64,000 nucleotides of DNA from Octopus vulgaris (lineage: Eukaryota), in NCBI GenBank assembly GCA_951406725.2, contig OX597817.1, positions 135,036,001-135,100,000 on the forward strand, read 5' to 3'. This document shows positions 56,256-64,000 of the stretch, one piece after another. The notes beneath the pieces were generated by a model. It ran no database searches, was not told where the DNA came from, and saw nothing but the letters and a program-made list of their open reading frames with translations. Both the position numbers and the translations under genes were made by a program. Position 1 is the stretch's first letter. Each line of letters starts with the position of its first letter.

Positions 56256-57433
56256 CAGAGTGCGATGGGTAAATTGTCGTTTTATATTTCTAATTTTGCG
56301 CACGCATTGAGTTTATTTTGATTTTGTCCACTACACAGTATTGTAGGGTTAGTTGGGCACCTTCTGTAAGAAAAACCGCACCATAACGCAATTCACTCTG
56401 CCAGAAATTTGGAAACGACATACTGTTCTGCTTGGCATTCGTGCCAGAAGCTCAAATACGAACATTTCAAAGGATTTGGGTGTATCATTCTGAGGACATG
56501 TACCAAGCGTGATAAATATCAAACATCCAGTCAACATCATGGTGTTTGGAGTGATAACTAGTGATGGCAACGTTATACCTCCATACATCTTCCCACACAG
56601 CCTCAGACTCAACACAGAGGCCTACATCAAATGCCTTGAGGTTGTAGTGCTGCTCTGGGTCAAGAGGTTAGTTGCTGAAAGACCTTATGTCTAGCAACAG
56701 GACTCTGCACCATGCCACACAAGCAAGAGAAACCAGTCATGGCTATCAGACAATTTCTGCGACCGCATCACCCCTAACATCTGGCCACCTAAGTCCCCAG
56801 ACTGCAACCCCCTTGATTATTATGTGTGGGGTGCAGTTGAGTGAGGGACCAACAAAACTCCTCGTAACACCAAAGATGAACTGAAGGCAAGGATTATGGC
56901 AGCATTCACCAACTTAAACAAGGAGACCATCCAGAAGAGTTGCAGGAGATTCCAAAGTCATCTGGAGGCTGTTGCTGAAGCCAATGGCGATTTTATTGAA
57001 TAAATCTACTCTTTAGTGTTTCAAGGTATTTTTATGTAATTTTGGTAAATATCTGTTGTGGAGGCGCAATGGCCCAGTGGTTAGGGCAGCGGACTCGCGG
57101 TCGGAGGATCGCGGTTTCGATTCCGGGCGTTGTGTGTATTTATTGAGCGAAAACACCTAAAAGCTCCACGAGGCTCCGGTAGGAGATGGGTGACCCCTGT
57201 TGTACTCTTTCGCTCCAAATTTCTCTCACTCTTTCTTCCTGTTTCTTGAGTAACGCTGCGATGCACTGGCGTCCCGTCCAGCTGGTGGGGAACACATACG
57301 CCATAGAAACCGAGAAACTGGACCCATGAGCTTGAAAAGGGTGCATAAATAAATATAAATATATGTTAAAATGAGATGTCGGCGTTATTTTCATTTTTGT
57401 GTATTCAGACGACAATTTATTCACCGCATCCTG
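56256..57433 (+). mobile_element. DD37D (maT-type) Tc1/mariner transposon, internally deleted, interrupted by a SINE
   Basis: TIRs CAGAGTGCGATGGGTAAATTGTCGT / ACGACAATTTATTCACCGCATCCTG|TA; transposase KHPVNIMVFG...*QQDSAPCH...WPPKSPDCNPLDYYVW with 37 residues between the 2nd and 3rd Asp; stop at 57003. Confidence 0.92.
57058..57355 (+). mobile_element. tRNA-derived SINE (tail type 2) nested in the DD37D element
   Basis: GGAGGCGCAATGGCCCAGTGGTTAGG head; TSD TAAATATCTGTT (57046-57) / TAAATATATGTT (57356-67). Confidence 0.9.
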
Positions 57434-57907
57434 TACATGCAAGGACAGCAGCAACTCTAATGACTACTTCTGCTACTATTGCTGCTGCAACTGCTGCTGC
57501 TGTTACTGCACTTGCTGCTGCTATGGGTGGTGCTTATACTATTAATACTATTATAACTACTACTACTACTGCTGCTACTACTACTACTACTATGACTACT
57601 TCTACCGCTTCTACTAGAAACTGCTCTTCCTAAAAAATAAGTTTCTCCCATTATTAGTTCTTTCACTCGAAGAATGCTGGGATAGTAGAATTGTTAGTGC
57701 GTCGAACAAAATGTCTTGTGGTATTTCTCCCGGTTCTTTAGTTTTATGTTCTGAGTTCAAAATCATTCTAAATTCTTGTTTGCCTTTCGTCGCTCCACGG
57801 TCGATGAAGTACAGTGCCAACCAAGAACTGGTTTCCATATAATCGACTTGCCCCACCCACCTCAAATGTCAGACCTTTTATCTACGCTACAAAGAGTCTT
57901 TCATCGT

Positions 57908-58120
57908 TTACTTGTTTCAGCCACCAGTCTGCTGCCATGCTGGGGCAGTGCCTTGGCAAAATTTAGTCAAACGCATTGACTCAAGTACTTTATTTTTTAA
58001 GCCTGGCACTTATTTTATCAGGCTCTTTTGCCGAACCACTCAGTTACGGGAATATAAACACACCAACACCGGTTCTCAAGTGGTGGTGCGGGACACAAAC
58101 ACAGACACAGACACACACGC
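57908..58120 (-). mobile_element. SINE family B 3' half
   Basis: TTACTTGTTTCAG..GCCATGCTGG..CTCTTTTGCCGAACC. Confidence 0.7.
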
Positions 58121-58176
58121 AGGTCTGCACATATATATATATATATAACTATATATATATATACATATATATATAC

Positions 58177-58240
<64 letters not shown>

Positions 58241-58435
58241 TATAATTTAAAATTAAATAAGGGTAGAAATTGATATTAATCAATTAAAACCAGTGGCCTA
58301 GCATATTTTTTTTTAAATCCGAAAATTAAAAATTTCCACGAAGAAAAAACTCAGCAAAAAACCAAAGCGTAGAAATAAGCAAGTCAAATGAAAATATACG
58401 AAAAAAAAAAAATTTTTTTTTTTTCGTAGATTTTC

Positions 58436-58652
58436 ATTTCTTTACTACCCACAAGAGGCTAAACACAGAGGGGACAAACAAGGACAGACAAACGGATTAA
58501 GTCGATTATGTCGACCCCAGTGTGTACCTGGTACTTATTTAATCGACCCCGAAAGGATGAAAGGCAAAGTCGACCTCGGCGGAATTTGAACTCAGAACGT
58601 AACGGCAGACGAAATACCGCTAAGCATTTAGCCCGACGTGCTAACGTTCTGC
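58436..58652 (-). mobile_element. SINE family A monomer with Tx1-like tail
   Basis: Well-conserved GTCGACTTTGCCTTTCATCCTTTCGGGGTCGA and tail ending GTAAAGAAAT. Confidence 0.88.
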
Positions 58653-58837
58653 CTTAAATTTTAACATATTACATTATAACTTGGAGGCTTGTGAGTGGAT
58701 CTGGTGGACCCTTCCCTCTACTCACTACCCAGCTACGCTACTTCCCTTCCTTCTGGAATCATTTCTAAGTCAAAACAAAGAGACAACTAAATTTGATACT
58801 CAGCCGATTCTGGCAAGCTGTTCTTCGAGCAAAAGGA

Positions 58838-58995
58838 AGTGGCTGTGTGGTACGAAGTTTACTTCCCAACAACATGGTCCTGGGTTCAATCCCACGGAGT
58901 GGCATCTTGGGCTGATAGCTTCTATTTTAGGCTCACGCCGAGCAAAGCCTCGTAAGTGGATTTGGTAGACGGAAATTTAGACAATCCCGTCGTAT
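58838..58995 (+). mobile_element. SINE family B 5' half
   Basis: GTGGCTGTGTGGTA ... GTGGATTTGGTAGACGGAAA. Confidence 0.75.
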
Positions 58996-59091
58996 ATGAG
59001 GAAGGTGGTGGAGGTGGTGGTATCAGTGGTAAGTGTTGATCGTGGTAGGTTGGTGGTGTTTGTCCCTGGTGGGGATGATGGCGCTGGTTCT

Positions 59092-59483
59092 GTTGTTGAC
59101 GTTGTACTGTTGCTGTTGAGCGAACGGTCTTCGTCCCAGAGCTCGCAAGATGGGAGAAGTTCGAAACGTGGTCCTTTGCTATTCGTAAGACCCGCAGAAG
59201 AGAAAGCAGGTCAACCCACGACACCGAGAGCATCGACGGATGGATGAATGCGCATCATGGCTCAGTTGTTGCGTAGGAAGTCGGGGACAAGAAACAGGAA
59301 GAAAGAGTGAGAGAAAGTTAGGGCGAAAGAGTACAACAGGGGTCGCCACCACCCCCTGCCGGAGCCTCGTGGAGCTTTAGGTGCTTTTGCTCAATAAACA
59401 CACACGACGCCCGGTCTGGGAATCGAAACCGCGATCCTCCGAACGCGGGTCCGCTGCCCTAACCACTGGGCCATTGCGCCTCC
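59092..59483 (-). mobile_element. tRNA-derived SINE (same head as 57060, tail type 3)
   Basis: Minus GGAGGCGCAATGGCCCAGTGGTTAGGGCAGCGG..GTTTCGATTCCCAGACCGGG; distinct 3' tail ending in a CAA-rich repeat; possible TSD TGTTGTTGA. Confidence 0.88.
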
Positions 59484-60111
59484 ATGTTGTTGATGCTTGT
59501 CACAAATTGTAGAGAAAGGCGGAGGTGTTGATGGTGATTATGTTGTTGAGAAAGAGGAGGAAAAGAAGGATAGTAGTGACAGCGTGGTGGTGTCTGAAAA
59601 GGGAATGGGGTAAGGGTTATGGTGGGATAGTGGCGAGGAGGAGGGTAGAGGTGGTAATGGGGTAGTTGTGATGTAGGAAGTGATGATCACGGGGTCGTGG
59701 TAAAAATGGGGGTAGATATGATGATGGGGGTAGTGGTGATGAGGGGGGTAGTGGTGACGGTGAGGGTAGTGGTGACGATGGGGGTAGTGGTGACGATGGA
59801 GGAATGGTGATGGTATTGAAGATTGTACTAGTGTTTTTGTGCGTGTTCCGATTGTTGCTGTGGATACGATGAAGGGGAAGGACGGGGAGGAATGGGAGGT
59901 GGAGGATGTGTCTAGTAGAAGGAGGTGGATGGTTGTAGTGCCTGGTGACGGTGATGGTGTTTCTGGTGCTGACTTGAGCTTTTCCCTCTCCAGACATTCA
60001 TCTTGTTACTTTTATTGTCTCTGATGTTAATTGTGACGGCAGCAATGGCGGCGCAGTAGTGGCGGCGTCAATGGCGGCGGTGACGACCGTGGCGACGTCG
60101 GTGGTGGTGGT

Positions 60112-60416
60112 CGCGGCGGCGGTGGTAGCGGCGGCGGCGGTGGTAGCGGCGGCTGTGGTGGTAGCGGCGGCGGCGGTGGTAGCGGCGGCGGCGGTGGTAG
60201 CGGCGGCGGCGGTGGTAGCGGCGGCGGCGGTGGTAGCGGCGGCGGCGGTGGTAGCGGCGGCGGCGGTGGTAGCGGCGGCGGCGGTGGTAGCGGCGGCGGC
60301 GGTGGTAGCGGCGGCGGCGGTGGTAGCGGCGGCGGCGGTGGTAGCGGCGGCGGCGGTGGTAGCGGCGGCGGCGGTGGTAGCGGCGGCGGCGGTGGTAGCG
60401 GCGGCGGCGGTGGTGG
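60112..60416. repeat. Homogeneous 18-bp minisatellite (GGCGGCGGCGGTGGTAGC)n, ~16-17 units
   Basis: Almost perfect tandem units. Confidence 0.95.
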
Positions 60417-61106
60417 TCAATGACAACGGTGGTGGTGGTCGCGGCGGCGGTGGTGCGGTGGTAGTGGTGGTAGCTGTGGTGATGGAGGCGGTGGTGGCTG
60501 TGTGGGTGGTGGTGGTGGTGGTGGTGGTGTGTGAGTGAGCGCAATAATCCAATGTTGATCTTGTTGTTACTGTTATTATCCCAATTCATTTAATGCAGTT
60601 TTTTTTGTTGTTGTCCCTATTGTTGTTGTTGTCCACAAGATCTAAGCCGTGTCACATAGGAAATCTGCCTGGTCGGTATTAATGTACTTTCCAAGCGATT
60701 CTGTTAAGTGGACGCTATTAACACCATCATTATTAACATCATGTTAATATCAGTATTACCAGTGTTGTTACTATCGCCGTCGTGATGGCGCTCTGGTCGT
60801 CGTCGTTGTCGTCGCCATTATCGTTATCATGATCATCCTGTTCATCATCATCATTGTCATCATGCTTATCATCAACCTCATCTTCCCCTCATCATTTTCG
60901 TCTTCATCATCGCCATCCTCATCAATATCCTCCTCATCCTCCCCTTTCTCCACCTCCTCTTCCCTCTCAACACCATCATCATCATCATCATCATCATCAT
61001 TATTCCTTAGACCAATCTTGTTTCGAGTTTATGTTTGAAATAAAATTTTACTTGGAAAACGAAATAATTTCATATACATGTGTGTGTGTGTACACGTGTG
61101 TGTGTA

Positions 61107-61265
61107 TTTTTTGGTAAATATCTGTTGTGGAGGTGCAATGGCCCAGTGATTAGGGCTGCGGACTCGCGGCTGGAGGATAGCCTATACTTCAAAGTCTTTG
61201 AGACGCCCACACAATTCCGTTGACCGAACACGCGGTACGTTCTTTTATTCTTCCAATCGTACCAT

Positions 61266-61309
<44 letters not shown>

Positions 61310-61462
61310 TACACACACAGAGGCGCGCATTTACACATATATGCACACACTCAGCCACGTACACACTCCCATACAACACGTTTCAATGTCTTTTCCTTGC
61401 CAAAATATATTTGATCGTATCAATCCAGCCATGTTGTCCTATCTTTCCCAGCGACGTAATAT

Positions 61463-61463
<1 letters not shown>
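61107..61463 (+). repeat. Chimeric local duplication: 57040-57109 joined to 54165-54491
   Basis: TTTTGGTAAATATCTGTTGTGGAGG...GGAGG[AT]AGCCTATACTTCAAAG...CGACGTAATATC. Confidence 0.9.
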
Positions 61464-61500
<37 letters not shown>

Positions 61501-61818
61501 GCGTGTGTGTGTATGCATGTGTGTGTGTTATTCTGTTTCCAATTTTATACATATATTATTGTGTTACCGATTTAGACCCTCCGCAAAATCACAAATTATA
61601 TTTAATTTGCTTTGCAAATTAAATATAATTTGCGTATATTGTTGTTAAATGCTCGAAATACGAGACACGAAAAACAGTCAACAACTGATGAAGGGTTGTT
61701 CTTTATGTTGTGTGTTTTGTTTTCCATTTGTGTCTATCGTTGTTCGAAGGAATAGTTCTTATTCCATGTACTCGTACTTCGTATTTTTTAGTTCTACACG
61801 TTTCGTGACGCCCACATA

Positions 61819-61865
<47 letters not shown>

Positions 61866-61904
61866 GTATAGATGTAAGTATGTACATATACGTATGTATA
61901 TATG

Positions 61905-61952
<48 letters not shown>

Positions 61953-61967
61953 GAGAGAGAGACAGAC

Positions 61968-62057
<90 letters not shown>

Positions 62058-63009
62058 ACGAAAAAATTCTTTGAGAACTCTATCATTGATAAAACAAAGA
62101 AAATATCTACATGTTTATCAAAACACATTTTGATAAAAATGTAGATATTTACCGGTTTCAATCATTTTAGAAGATTGTTAAAAGAGAACGGAAAATAAAC
62201 TTGAATAAATAATATTAAATTTATCTTTCATGATATCAGCTCTGGAAGTTCACATGTTTTTCTAACAGACTTCTGAAAGTAATTTGAAACGCTACTTACG
62301 GGTTCTTTTGTTGGTTCATGAATGTTGCTGTTGTAGTTGAATAATTCCTCTCCTACGGTGACTTTCTATCGAACCAAATAAAAACGATATGATTAAGTTT
62401 TCTTCTTTATTGTGTGTTTTTCTAATATTGACGATGTCAAATATGAAGTTTCTATCTTAAATAAGTTAGGGAGTTTATTGAGAGAGTTTTAGCGGCTAAA
62501 TTAAACAAACAAATGCATAGAAATATGTAAATAAGATCGGACTACACATATAATATAGCATTAATCACAATTTTGTTTGTTTGACAGCTTGTTCTTTAAA
62601 TTATAGTTTTCATGTTTGAGTTTCAACAAAGATAATTTAGTGAACCAGCATTCGGCCGTTCATATGTATGCGTGAAAGAGAGGACAAGAGAAAAAGAGAG
62701 AGAGGAAGAGAGACAGAGACGTACAACTAGCTTTATCATATTACAGACATGTCAAGCGGTCACTATCGCCCTTCCTTCTAGTGAGGGGAAAGTGATAGAG
62801 ATAGAAGCAGACAGGTAGCGGTGGAGATGGAAATGCATTGAACGTATAAATACTTATACTTATTCAACTTTAACGAGCAAAACTTTGATTGTTTCTTCGA
62901 AGTTTTGCTCGGCGTGCCTTCGGTAGACGATCTAACGAAAGCAAGCAAGCCAGCCGAAACTCCAAAATCACAATCTCCTTTTCCTTGTAAAAAATCAATA
63001 AACACGTGT

Positions 63010-63174
63010 GTCTGTGTGGTAAGAAGTTTGCTTCCACACCTCATGGTTCCGGGTTCAATTCTGCTGCGTAGCACCTCGGACAAGTGTCTTCTACTGTAGC
63101 CCCCGGCCGACAAAACCTTGTAAGTGGATTTGATTGACGGAAACTGAAAGAAGTCCGTCATATACATATATAAT

Positions 63175-63218
<44 letters not shown>

Positions 63219-63312
63219 TGTCAATGTGTCACTGTCCCCTAACTCCAATTGACAACCGTTATTGATATGTTTGCATCCTCGTAACTCAGCAGTTCGTCAA
63301 AAGAGAATGATA
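63010..63312 (+). mobile_element. SINE family B
   Basis: CTGTGTGGTAAGAAG..ATGGTTCCGGGTTCA..GGAAACTGAAAGAAG, internal (TG)n. Confidence 0.8.
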
Positions 63313-63326
63313 AAATATATATCAGG

Positions 63327-63387
<61 letters not shown>

Positions 63388-63461
63388 TAAGGGGTATACA
63401 CTGACGTATAGTGTCAAAACGGGTACGTAGCCGCCATGTATATATGTAAAAGTTAAAAAAA

Positions 63462-64000
63462 TATACAAACTGGGACAAGAACGTGAAACATTTAGAAGAC
63501 GACACAAAAAACACGGACGGGACATTCGAAGCCCTCAATCATCAGTCAAGAACCGGATCATCTTCGCAATTTCGGCTGATTAATCTTGAGATTGCTCCGA
63601 TCTGGGCAGCCCCCAAGGGAAATCTAAGCCAAGCGCATTAGATTCCTTGGAAGAAAGCCTCGAATGTATACAACACAGGGACGGAAAAATGACGATGTTA
63701 CACGAATAAAAATACAAAAATACGTAAAAACAATAATGATAGCACGAATAAGAATACAAAATACGTAAAAACAATAATGGTAAGGATAACAACATAAGCA
63801 GGACGTCAGGACAAGCGTCTTTTCGACAGGACGAGTTAAGTTTTGAGCTGGCGATAGAAAAGTGCCTTAAGGCCACAGAGAACAAACAAATACGTGTTGC
63901 CACAATGACTGCTGGATGCGAAAAGGCAGTAGTCGTTGGCTGGTCACGTGAGGACAAAAGAGGGGAGAAAGGGACAGATGAAGAGAGAAAGAAGGGGAAC
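63462..64000. repeat. Dispersed repeat family C (runs off window)
   Basis: Homologous to 20543-20893; internal ~43-bp tandem duplication at 63700-63780. Confidence 0.8.

Noticed and set aside
61650-61700. GAAA...CTGATGA (type II hammerhead order); similar at 17735-17780 minus
   Set aside because: Stems I-III cannot be formed convincingly; probably a repeat-end relic.

Overview
AT-rich, microsatellite-saturated animal DNA. The composition and SINE families look like Octopus (cephalopod) intergenic or intronic sequence; this is an inference. No intact protein-coding gene or credible exon was found, and almost all listed ORFs are translations of simple repeats. The window is a mosaic of four kinds of sequence. 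(1) About 35 tRNA-derived SINE copies from at least four families. (2) Decayed LINE pieces (CR1, RTE, Tx1/L1, R4/Dong-like). (3) Penelope-like element (PLE) pieces: a Neptune-type RT plus GIY-YIG relic and Naiad-like fragments. (4) DNA transposons: Tc1, a DD37D/maT element, mariner- and Tigger-like MITEs, and a Helitron end. The most interesting signals are these: several type I hammerhead ribozyme cores (one with an ~80-nt domain II, one in a ~330-bp direct-repeat-bounded retrozyme-like unit); a SINE carrying a Tx1-LINE 3' tail that keeps restarting at the same site of its own family; a permuted local duplication with a circle-junction signature; a 95-bp near-perfect inverted repeat; and two compact CRE-containing motif clusters. 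All coordinates and alignments were read by eye.
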